This document shows positions 53,640-64,000 of a stretch of 64,000 nucleotides of DNA, in pieces (position 1 is the first letter of the stretch; every line of letters starts with the position of its first letter). The notes below the pieces were generated by a model. The model was given only the letters and a program-made list of their open reading frames with translations. It had not been told where the DNA came from and made no database searches. The position numbers and the translations under genes are program-made. Source of the stretch: Lama glama (lineage: Eukaryota); contig CM052818.1 of NCBI GenBank assembly GCA_028534125.1, forward strand, positions 46,502,001-46,566,000. The letters are read 5' to 3'.

Positions 53640-55108
53640 TACATATTTATTTATTTATTTTTTAAATTGAAACACAGTCAGTTGTAATGTGCCAGTTTCT
53701 GGTGCACAGCACAATGTCCCCATCGTGCATACACATATATTTGTTTTCATATTCTTTTTCATTAAAGGTTATTACAAGATATTGAGCATAGTTCCCTGGG
53801 CTATACAGAAGAAACATTTTTAAAAATCTGTTTTTATATATAGTGGCTGACATTTGTAAATCTCAAACTCCTGAATTTATCCCTTCCCACCCCCTTTCCC
53901 TGGTAACCATAAGATTGTTAACTATGTCTTCGAGCCTGTTTCTGTTCTGTAGATGAGTGCATTAGTGTCCTCTTTTTTCTTTCTTTCTTTNNNNNNNNNN
54001 NNNNNNNNNNNNNNNNNNNNNNNNNNNNNNNNNNNNNNNNNNNNNNNNNNNNNNNNNNNNNNNNNNNNNNNNNNNNNNNNNNNNNNNNNNNNNNNNNNNN
54101 NNNNNNNNNNNNNNNNNNNNNNNNNNNNNNNNNNNNNNNNNNNNNNNNNNNNNNNNNNNNNNNNNNNNNNNNNNNNNNNNNNNNNNNNNNNNNNNNNNNN
54201 NNNNNNNNNNNNNNNNNNNNNNNNNNNNNNNNNNNNNNNNNNNNNNNNNNNNNNNNNNNNNNNNNNNNNNNNNNNNNNNNNNNNNNNNNNNNNNNNNNNN
54301 NNNNNNNNNNNNNNNNNNNNNNNNNNNNNNNNNNNNNNNNNNNNNNNNNNNNNNNNNNNNNNNNNNNNNNNNNNNNNNNNNNNNNNNNNNNNNNNNNNNN
54401 NNNNNNNNNNNNNNNNNNNNNNNNNNNNNNNNNNNNNNNNNNNNNNNNNNNNNNNNNNNNNNNNNNNNNNNNNNNNNNNNNNNNNNNNNNTTCCCTGGGC
54501 TATACAGAAGAAACATTTTTAAAAATCTGTTTTTATATATAGTGGCTGACATTTGTAAATCTCAAACTCCTGAATTTATCCCTTCCCACCCCCTTTCCCT
54601 GGTAACCATAAGATTGTTAACTATGTCTTCGAGCCTGTTTCTGTTCTGTAGATGAGTGCATTAGTGTCCTCTTTTTTCTTTCTTTCTTTCTTTTTTTTTT
54701 TCAGATTCCACATGTGAGTGATATCATATGGTATTTTTCTTTCCCTTTCGGGCTTACTTCACTTAGAATGACCATCTCTAGGTCCATCCATGTTGCTGCA
54801 AATAGCCTTGTTTTATTCTTTTTTATGGCTAGGTAGTATTCCACTGTATAAATGTACCACACCTTCTTTATCCAGTCATCTGTCAGTGGACATTTAGGTT
54901 GCTTCCATGTCTTGGCTACTGTATATAGGGCTGCTGTGAACATTAGGATGCACGTATCTTTTTGAATTAGAGTTCCCTCTGGATATATACCCAGAAGTGG
55001 GATTGCTGGATCATATGGTAAGTCCATTTTTAGTTTTTTGAGGAATCTCCATACTGTTTTCTATGTCACACCAAACTACATTCCCACCAGCAATGGAGGA
55101 GGGTTCCC
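53640..55108 (-). mobile_element. L1 3' end (ORF2 C-terminus and 3' UTR), spanning an assembly gap with duplicated flanks
   Basis: ORF 54701..55027 ([15 protein letters not shown]...AKTWKQPKCP...FAATWMDLE) is the L1 ORF2 C-terminus; T-rich tail at ~53625-53665. Confidence 0.92.
53991..54490. other. Assembly gap (500 N)
   Basis: Run of N. Confidence 1.
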
Positions 55109-55269
55109 ATATAAGCATTGAAATTTTTGAAGAAAAAGAAATTGAAAACCTTAGGTGATAAGAAAAAGAGTATTTAAGGATAGAATGTTCTATATATTAG
55201 GATATTGATCCTACTTAATTAAATTGGAGAGAATTTATCTCTCACAGGTTTGCCCAGCATTTCTGAGAG

Positions 55270-55460
55270 CAGAGATTGGCGAACTATCTATAAAGGACCA
55301 GATAGCAAATATTTTGGACTTTGCCGGACACACAGCCTCTGTCACAGCTGTTCAGCAATGTGTGTTGTGCACACAGACAGTCTGTGAACAGTGAACTTGA
55401 CTGTGCTTCTGTCAGGCTTATTTACCAAAGGAGCTGGTGGGCTGTATTTGGCCAGTGCTG
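55270..55460 (+). mobile_element. MER58A-like hAT element
   Basis: ggcgaactatctataaaggaccagatagcaaatattttggactttgccggacacacagcctctgtcacagct...ttatttaccaaagg...ggtgggctgtatttggcc. Confidence 0.7.
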
Positions 55461-55789
55461 CTAAGCACAGTCCTGCCACAGGGATTTGAAAGACAGAGAG
55501 AGGCAGACACTCTTCCTACTGGTCTCAAAAATATAAAATGAGTTCGAGTTTGCTAAGTGGTAATTTTAAACTTGATGTAGCACAAATAATGGAATATATG
55601 AACTTTATGAATGATTTACTGTCGTGAAGCAGATGGTTTCTAAGAAGCTGGTTGAAATGTTTGCCTTCTGGGCATAGCTTTTGTATGAAGCGAAGTGAAG
55701 TAATGCAGGACCTGATGGGTAAGACTTAATGTGATATTGAAAAATACCTTATTCAAAAAAATTATAAAGGAAATGGTAAAATCAGAGGG

Positions 55790-56200
55790 TATAAGAGCAA
55801 TATACAAAAGCTAGTTTTGTTTCTGTATGTTAGAAGCGAACAGAACAAAGTTTAAATTAAAAAAAAAATCCACAGTAGCATCAGAAGAAATGATATGCTT
55901 AGGAATAAATTTATCAAAGAAATGCAAGACCAGTAAACTGAAAATAAAAATCTGTGCTGACAGAAATGAAGGAAGACCTAAAGCCTGCAGAGAGATACCA
56001 CGCTCGGGGATGGGAAGCCTTAATGTCGTTAAGGTGGCAGTTCTCCTGCAGCTGATCAGTAAAGTCCGTGCAATTCTTTTCAAAATTCTGGCAGGCTTTT
56101 GGTTGCAAAACTGACTGTATAAATTCACTAAAACTCATTGAGTTGTACACTTAAATTAGGTGAGTTTTATGGCATGTAAATTTTACTTCAGTGGAACTAT
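55790..56200 (+). mobile_element. Old L1M ORF2 fragment and 3' remnant
   Basis: Degenerate ORF2 motif (ICLGINLSK...IPRSGMGSLNVVKVAVLLQLISKVRAI), then aaactcattgagttgtacacttaaa...tttatggcatgtaaatt. Confidence 0.65.
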
Positions 56201-58559
56201 TAAAAAGATAAAACCATTGTAAAACAAAGTACAAGAAGGAAGCTCAATGTTACAGCAGCATACTTTTTGAGACTTGGTTTAAGGATTTTGGATGTTTTCT
56301 CATTTAGGGAAATTGCTAGGTGTTCAGAGGCATCCACATTTTTCTGAGTTTGGTTATAGGAAGAAAGGGTCAGAAGGAACATTGAAAACCTACAATATCC
56401 TTGAAGGAAGAAACTAGATGTGGAAGGAGAGACCTGAGCTGTCTTTAAGTATCGAAAGGAAGTTTGCGTGCTGTCCTTGGGAGTGCTGACATGGCCCTGG
56501 TACCCGCTAGGTGAGATGTGAAGACGTACGTGTTTTGTTGTTTTGTTTTGTTTTGTTTTTGGCCCGAAGAGGGAGAACCTCAGTTACGGTGAGAATATTT
56601 AGCAGTGTGATCTGTGAGATGCTGCATTTGCGATTAGAGATATTTAACTAGATGTGCAGGGGACGCTCTGGTCTGGACGTGGGGGGAGATGGGTAGCACC
56701 AGACACCGGCTGAGTTCTCCTTGGATGGAGACTCCCGACAAGAGGCTGGTGGAACTGCTGGAGCCCCAGGAAGCGAGACGTTTCAGAACCTTTTCCTTAA
56801 ATCCCCAGAGGGCCTCAAGTAAAACGGAGAAGTTTTACAGTGTCACCGCTGACTCACACTTCTCTCTTTCACGCCTCAGTTTACCCCTTCTTTCTCGTTA
56901 GATAACTAATACCTCTCCCACCAAAAACACGAGGGTGGGGAGAGGGACTTGAGCTGCGTGTGCACCCTCGTTCTGGGGGTGAGAAGGGGACTCTGAGATG
57001 CGAGGTAGTGGTTCGAGGTCCCACAGCCGAGAAAGTGGTGGATTTGATGCCACGTCTGTTCTGCTCCGAGGCCTGTTGTCTGTTCTTCTATCCCACGCCT
57101 GCTGCTTTAAGTAACTTAACTTCATCTGAGACTCTTCACACTATCTGTCACAGGCAGCTTGCCCTTTCTCTCTGTTTGTGGGAAGGAAGATGGTTCCCGG
57201 TGGAGGAATCACAGATTCTGGCCGACAGAGGAGACTGCTGGGAGCGGGGCGAGGAGGTGTAGGTGAGCTGCTTCCTCCCGGTGTGGGCATCGTGCTGTGT
57301 CAGAGCCGTCTCCAGGGTTTATTCTGAGTGTGTGTGTGTGAAGGTTGCTCAGGGGAAAGCGTCTGGTGATTTCTCTTTTCTGACCTTAGACAGCCTCCCT
57401 GTTCCTGCAGGGATCATGAGCTCTGGAAAGCAGCTGCTGGGGCCTGTTTTACAAATTTGGGCACTGTTCTTCGTAGCTGCAGCCCAAAGACCCAGGGCTG
57501 CTTGCTTCAGCAAAGCCTTGAAGTTTGCTCCAGCTCGTCTCCCTGTCCGGGGACCCTCCTTCCCCAGGGCCCTCCCTGGGGCACCGAATTCCCACCTCTC
57601 CCCTCTCCATCAGTTCCTTTAGGCCCGGGTGCTGGACTGTTAGCTCACAGGACATCTGACTCCGGGGCAGGGAGCAGCCAGTAGCGGGATTTATTCAGGG
57701 ACCACTTAGCAGAACTTTGGCTCCAACAGGCTCAGCCGTGGAGCCATTCCTCGTGCAGAAGGCGTGGCTGGGAGGGGCAGGGGGGACTGTGTCCAAGTGT
57801 GAAAAAGCCACGAGCAGGAAACTCAGGGCAGGCCTTCCTGGAGGACAGGCTGCATGAACTTGACAGGGGGACCCTAACCAGCTGAGAGAGTGTGGTGTGG
57901 ACGGACTCCTGACTTAGTCTGTAGCCTGGTGGTGGGGAGTGCTTGTGTGCACACGCGCGTGTATGCCCGTGCGTGTGTGTGCATGGGCGCCTGCAGGGGA
58001 GGGATGTTGTTACATCTGCAGGAACACTTTGTGGGGCCTTCTGTCTCCTGTGGCTGCAGTGTGTCCCCTGTCCGGTCACAGGAGGGGCAGACGAATCCCT
58101 GTGTTTCATGTCCTGAGGGATCTAGGTGGGGCTGAATGCTTGCTTTTTTAAAATCTAGGAATTTCTCTAGCATGTACTATTTGAAAGCAGACACATGCAT
58201 GCCTTGTTGGGGAAATTTGTATGGGCACAGTCCTGATGTGTGTCTTGGTCCACACTGGGGAGTAAGACCACAGGAGGGTGTGCGTATGTGGGGTTCCTCC
58301 CAGAGATGCTCAGCTGGGTGGCTCCGGCCGGGAGACACCACCGCTGGCTGGAGTTACCTTGTTTACTTCTTGGTCTGTCTCTGCCCCTGGAGTGGAGGTG
58401 TCATTGGAACACAGACCCAGCCTGTCTTACGTACGGGGCTGTCCCCCGAGCCTGGCAGGTGCCTGGCACGTGGCTGTTCTCAGTGAGTGTTTGTTGAAGG
58501 GATGAATTTAGGATCCAGCTGTTTCCCTCATCCTCCACCAGCCCTCTTGCCATGTTCTC

Positions 58560-58945
58560 CGTGCATGTTCTCCTCTCCTGGAGAATCACGTGTCTCTTCT
58601 CCCAGAGGCTTTGTCTGCTCTGTCACCTCTGACTGTTCCTTCTCCCACCCCACCCCACCCTCACCCTTCAGATCTCACTGTAACATTCTGTCCTCAGAGA
58701 TGCCTTAATCTAGGACAGATTACTTGTTACCCACTCTCGTGGAATTGTTTTTCTTTCCTTTGAGAATTTACCTCAGTGTTTAGTCATAAATGTACTGGAG
58801 AGTTCCCTGCACAGTGTCCTCCTCTGACAGACCGCACATCCGGGGCAGCAGTCACGGCACGCCTGTCTTGTTTTCCGAATGTTATATGCTGCCTGGGCTG
58901 TTGTGTGTTCCCCATAAGTCTCCACTGAATGAATGAACGAATGAT
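58560..58945 (+). mobile_element. L2 3' fragment(s)
   Basis: tcacccttcagatctcactgtaacattctgtcctcagagatgcctt... ending tgaatgaatgaacga; a further L2 tail at ~58450-58505 (gtgcctggcacgtggctgttctcagtgagtgtttgttgaa). Confidence 0.55.
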
Positions 58946-61900
58946 GACATGGCTTCTGCGTGACAGCAAGGATGGACACCTGGAGACAACATGTATGAGT
59001 GTGTACAGTGAAGCTGTGTCTGTCTGAGAGGTTGCCAGGCTTTGTATGGGATTATGTTGTAAAAGCTGTAGGAAGGTGATTCTGTTCCACCTCGCATGAC
59101 TCAGCTACCCACCAGTTAGAACAGACGTTTTGTGAGTGCATGGTGTTCCCAGAAACTTGGAGACAGTGGACCGCTGAGTTGGAGACTTTCAGGCAGTCAG
59201 TCACGCAACACATATGTGTTTCGCTGATGCTGGGTTCCAGTGTTGGATAGAAAGACGTGCTTTGTCTCTGCGAGACACTTACTGTCAAACTACCAGCCAC
59301 ACCGAGATTACTGTTATAAAAGGGGATGCGCTCAGGGCCGAGAAGCATAAAAGAAGAGCGACCAGCTTGGAAAGTTGTCGGACGCAGACCGTGTCTCCAT
59401 GAGCCACTTTCTGTGTGCTCAGCAGAATGAAACAGTTGGAAACAGTACAGGTGTTTGGTGTTGAGTAGCATTATGCTAAAATGTATTTTTAAATGTTGAG
59501 AAATATTAAAAAGAAATTTCCCCAGGATCTTCTTTTATTGATGATAAAATTGAACAGCAGGCCTAGGACATGAGGAACGATCAGATTCAAACACCCTGCC
59601 CCCCTGCCACCCGGTGATCTTAGTGACTAACAGGATGAGCACTGGGTTGGGGGCAGGTACGTGTGGGTTTGAATTCAGGTTCTGCCGGATTTCCATTAGC
59701 TTTGGGACCTTTGCCAAGTCACCTTGCCCATCTGGGTCTGAGCCACAGGCTGTGACTCAGCCGAGGGCCACGCAGGCACCCAGGTTGCCCAGGCTGCGTG
59801 AAGGGTTCGGTTCCCGACCAGGGCTCCTCCCGGCCCGGGTGCCGCCCTTTCAGGGGTCGCCCCTGTCACCACGCGGCTCGCTGGGCTCGCTGCTCCCGCC
59901 GAGGTCTCGTCGAGCCGCAGGGTTAGTGCCGCCATGCATTTCTCCTCGGGGATGGGAGCTCCTGGCAGGGCTGCGTTACTCATTTTGTAAACCTGTAGTC
60001 GAGCACGTGGAGGCTCAGTGAGAGAGGGTCCCTGTCCGTCCGTTCTGTTGCGTGCTTGTGGGCTCTTCCCTCGGCGTCTGTCTGGTTGGGTGTTCCGTGC
60101 AGCGGGCCCCGACGGCCGTGTTGAGGGGTCCGCTCTCCCTCCTCGCCCTTCTTCCCCTTAGCTTTGCGCTGGGGCAGCGGCCCTGGGGGTCGGGGTGAGT
60201 GTAGGGAGGGCTGAGGCACTTGCAGCTGACGTGCCTTTATTTCAATCTTCCGTGACCCCGAGGAGCAGAGAGAGCGGGGATCCCTTTGCCCCTGTGATCC
60301 CGCAGGCACCAGCCAGGCGCCCACTGCATGGACTCTGGACAGGAGGGTTGTTAGAAGCCACGTGCACTCTGCTGGGAAGGAGAGGTGATCTTGGAAATGC
60401 CATCTGGCAGGCAGAAGCCTCAAGTCACTTAAAAATTTGTCCTCATGAAGTTAATTAGTTGGTTAGTGGCTCAGTAGGAACTCTGTGGGGAAAATATTAA
60501 CTTCACCAAGGACAATCCCATGATCCCATGAGAGGGAATAAAGTGTGGCAGGAAGGGAACTGGACTCTTAGGGGTTTTGTTGGGTTTTGTTTTGTGTTTT
60601 TCTTTTCTGCTCTCTGTGGACCGTATGTGAAAGCCTTTTGGTGGCTTGGAATGAAGGCCCAGGCCCTTTGGGTATCGCTGGGCGATCCTGAGCTAAAAGT
60701 TGGATTTCAGTCGGAAAACCACAAGTAATTCTAAAATTGATTTTTTACGTTATCTTATCCTTGTAACAGTTCATGTTTCAGTAATTATTGCATCTCCATT
60801 GTTGTGCCAAGTGCATGGGTTGTCGGGTAGTCCCAGCAGCCGCCCTGGAGGTGGGTGTGGTGGAGCTCTTCCACCAGAAACAGGTTAGTAAGTGGTAGAT
60901 CTGGAATTAGAACGAGGTGTGTCTGATTGCACCCAGCACCCAAGCTGTTTGCTCCTGTACTTTGTTATTCTAAGCATTCAGCTTTATGATTATGAGAATA
61001 TGTAATTAAAAAGAAATACCCGAAGTTGACTGAGGAGAGGTAATGGGAGCCAGCGGGGTCCTGAACTAAGGCAGGGGTTTGTACGTGTTGGTTACTCTTC
61101 CTTAGAGCAAAGATGAAGGTGTTTTTATCCAAAAGGATGCAGTGGCCTTTTGACATATTGTGCTTAAGCTCTGAGGGTTTTGAATATGCTTAGCTCCGAA
61201 GGAGGGAAAACCTGTTACTTGGCGAAAGTGGCAGGCTGTCCAGCCTGGTGGATTCCTGAAAAATCTTCAGGCCACAGCAGCGCACCGGCGGCTTCTGCAC
61301 TTGGGAACGGGTCTGATTCACATTCTCTTACCCTGTCAGGTCCCTGCAGTGCCTCTTTTGGAGGTATTTGAATTCTAAGTTCTGCTCCAAGTTGTAGAAC
61401 TGGATCCTCTTAAGCATCCAGTCATCCTTGAGCAAGTGAGGGCAGCATGCTTCCCTTGGACGCAGGCTTTCTATACGAGGTGGGAGGGTAGCGCCCGTGT
61501 GGGGATGCTGGCAACTTGAACGTGCATCCCTAGGAAAGTAAAGCTGTTACTCTGGGTGTTGCTGTTGTATCTGAGTGTGTTAGAGTCAGAGGAAATTTGC
61601 CCAGGTGACTCGTGTCACGGGGTTCCGCCAGGTCAGGCCTGTCTGAAATGCCAATTTGACAGCGAATTCTCCATGTTAATCAATTAAAAAACAAAGGGGA
61701 GTTTTGAAGATAGTATCCAATTACATAGTGATAGCTTCCATCTCTTCCCAGTAAGAGCTAACATATCTTTCCTGTTTTGAAAATAGCAATTCATATATTA
61801 ATAAGAATAACCAGATAGTTGTAATAATTAAAAATAAGAATCCATACTCCTCCTTGCAGAGTACAAGGACTCCTCTGTCCGTCTGGGGCACCTCTGGAAA

Positions 61901-64000
61901 CTAGTTCTTTACGGCAAGACCCTAATCCTTGATAGTCTGTTGAAAGAAAAACTAAGAACACACACAACCATCTGTTGGAATGATGAACAAATTGTCCAGT
62001 TACCTGTCAGAACCCCATGCTGTTTGCATAAAATACATGGTCCACGCTGAAGTTCTGTGAGAGAAAAAGCTTGTGTGAATGGACTTATTTTTTATGACTT
62101 TTAGGTAAGAAATGAAGAAACTGGGAAAATTAGTGCTTGCTGAATGCTTAGTCTGCCTGTGGTGTCTTGTTACAGTAAATATATAGGCTTGACATGGACA
62201 GGGTTTGTCCTCACTGTGTTAGAAATAGGACCATTGAATAGAGTGTCTGGACTTTGACTTTGAAACTTGAGTGGCAGACTGACGTCCATGTGCTGGTCAC
62301 TTTGCTGAGTCCTCTTTATAAATATCCCATCTGACTGTCCCAGCAGTCCTGTGCAGAGGTGTCCTTAGCCACCGCGCAGAGGAGGAAACAGAAGTTCCAA
62401 AGGGTGAAGTCAGTTGAACAGGGTCATAAAGCCAGTAACTGTCAGCCCTGGAAATCTGTGAAATTCATTTATGTGGTTAGGTTGCTGATTTACCGAGGTT
62501 CTTTTAAAGTTGGGTTTGTTTTGGTTTTTTTGTTTGTTTTTTTTGTTTTTGTTTTTTTGGGAAATAAAAAGAGATTCTCACCTGCTTACCAGAGAGCATA
62601 AGCAGCCTGGTTTATTTTTTGAAAGACTAGCGAGCACAGTTGAGACATTGTGTTGTGACTGGCTTTTTCTTAGTCTTCATTAGAATGCAGTGCTGGGATC
62701 TTTTTTAAAAGGTTTTGCCCTTTAGAGAAATATCTGAATAATGGTGATTTTATTCTCGAAATAATGCTCCTTTATTTAAAATTACTCAGACTTTTACAAG
62801 TGCCATACTTGAGGTTGCTGTTTATTAAAATACATAATAAATACAGATTTTTAAAATACTTTTTGATACATTAATTTGTATCAGGGAGAAATACTGACTC
62901 GTCCTGCTTGCTGTTGCTGTCATAGTAAACACTACTTATTTAGAGCAGTTATGGAGAGACAGACAAAGGGCAATAGAGGAAGTATCTGATGACCTGAAAA
63001 ATGGCTGGGCATTTTGGCGAGAAATGATTACAACAGAGGAGCCTGGGCATCTATTTCTCACGGTGAAAACTGAGCTTTGCTTGAACTTAATGAAGCCCAG
63101 AAAAGAGATAGGATTGCCCGTCTCTTCTTGGCCTGGAAATTAACCTTGGGGTGTTACGGAGTATGTGCCTGAGCATTGACTGGCCTCAGGTAGAAGGTCA
63201 CAGGCAGTATCAGGATGGGCTGGGCACTATTTAGTTTCAGAGTCTTAAAAAGTCTTCTAAAGAACTCATATTGTTGGAGCATAGTTTCCTTTCAAAATGT
63301 GAGTGGTTAGAGGACTTTTATTTAGAGTACTATGCAAAACTTTTTTCCTTAGACACAAGAGCTTTAAAATGTTTGGGGAACAGACTTAAAGACTTGAAAG
63401 AAAAATCCAACAAAAGGAAATGGTAACAGATAAGAAATGAACAGGACGAAAGCCCTCAAGCACAATAGTTGAGTTTAATTACAAACAGATTACTCTTAAT
63501 AGCTAAACTGCCAGTAATAGCTAACATTTATTAAACACAGTTTCTATGTCAGATGCACCTTAAATGCTGAAGTGCGTTCCCACTTACAACGGCTGGTGCT
63601 GTAATACCGTATTTCAGCTTTACAGTTGGAAAAATCGGAGCCTCGGAGAACTGGATGCCTTCCCCAGGTTTATACAAATGGACCTCAGCAGGCTCAGCGT
63701 TTGAGACCAAATCATTCAGTGCCAGCCCTGAACTCAGTCCTTCTGACCTCATCAGTGCGTGGATTTTCCATGGCAGATGTTCAGTGTTCCACTCATTTTA
63801 TTTTGGGGTGGTTTTCCTTCCTTGATAATTAGTATGTATGCAAGTAATATAAATTCATCTTAGTTTGAACACTGAGTTGGGAGGCTTCAATTCTTAATTC
63901 TAATTTGGGTTAGCATCTTAATTTATCTAGGCTTCGCCTGATGCCTTCTGTTACGTGTAAGACCTCTAAGTCAATCAGTGATTCTTAACCATTTTCCTTA

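Larger units (their letters stand above)
51861..64000 (+). other. MBOAT2: MBOAT2 intron 3 (partial, runs off the window)
   Basis: Starts GTAAGT. No downstream MBOAT2 coding exon was recognised before the window end. Confidence 0.8.

Noticed and set aside
51861..64000. Search for MBOAT2 exon 4 or a nested gene
   Set aside because: No segment continues the MBOAT2 peptide in phase 2. The listed ORFs are short, low-complexity or repeat-derived.
1..64000. CRISPR arrays, operons, phage or other prokaryote-type systems
   Set aside because: The sequence is spliced mammalian DNA with SINE/LINE/LTR content. There are no regularly spaced direct repeats or dense ORF clusters.

Overview
Mammalian genomic DNA, not prokaryotic. 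It is most likely camelid (alpaca or camel), judged from tRNA-derived vic-1-like SINEs and the L1 3' ends. The window holds the 5' part of MBOAT2 (membrane-bound O-acyltransferase 2, a lysophospholipid acyltransferase) on the + strand: a CpG-island promoter (~4.7-6.2 kb) and coding exons 1-3 (5598-5672, 46774-46919, 51783-51860; 75+146+78 nt). These join in frame as MATTSTTGSTLLQPLSNAVQLPIDQ/VNFVVCQLF...LFCFGW/YALHFLVQSGISYCIMVIIGVENMH. I did not find exon 4, so it probably lies beyond the window. The rest is intronic or upstream DNA rich in interspersed repeats (L1, L2, MIR, MaLR/ERV LTRs, hAT MER elements, SINEs, microsatellites), with two 500-N assembly gaps. I see no convincing new biological system. 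The best leads are: (i) exons 2-3, the 224-nt unit known as circMBOAT2 in human, flanked here by inverted L1 copies instead of Alus; (ii) an intact sense-oriented solo LTR in intron 1 with CCAAT, TATA and polyA motifs and a splice donor just downstream; (iii) very short L1 insertions with target-site duplications; (iv) assembly artefacts at both gaps. Repeat subfamily names come from recalled consensus sequences and repeat boundaries are approximate.
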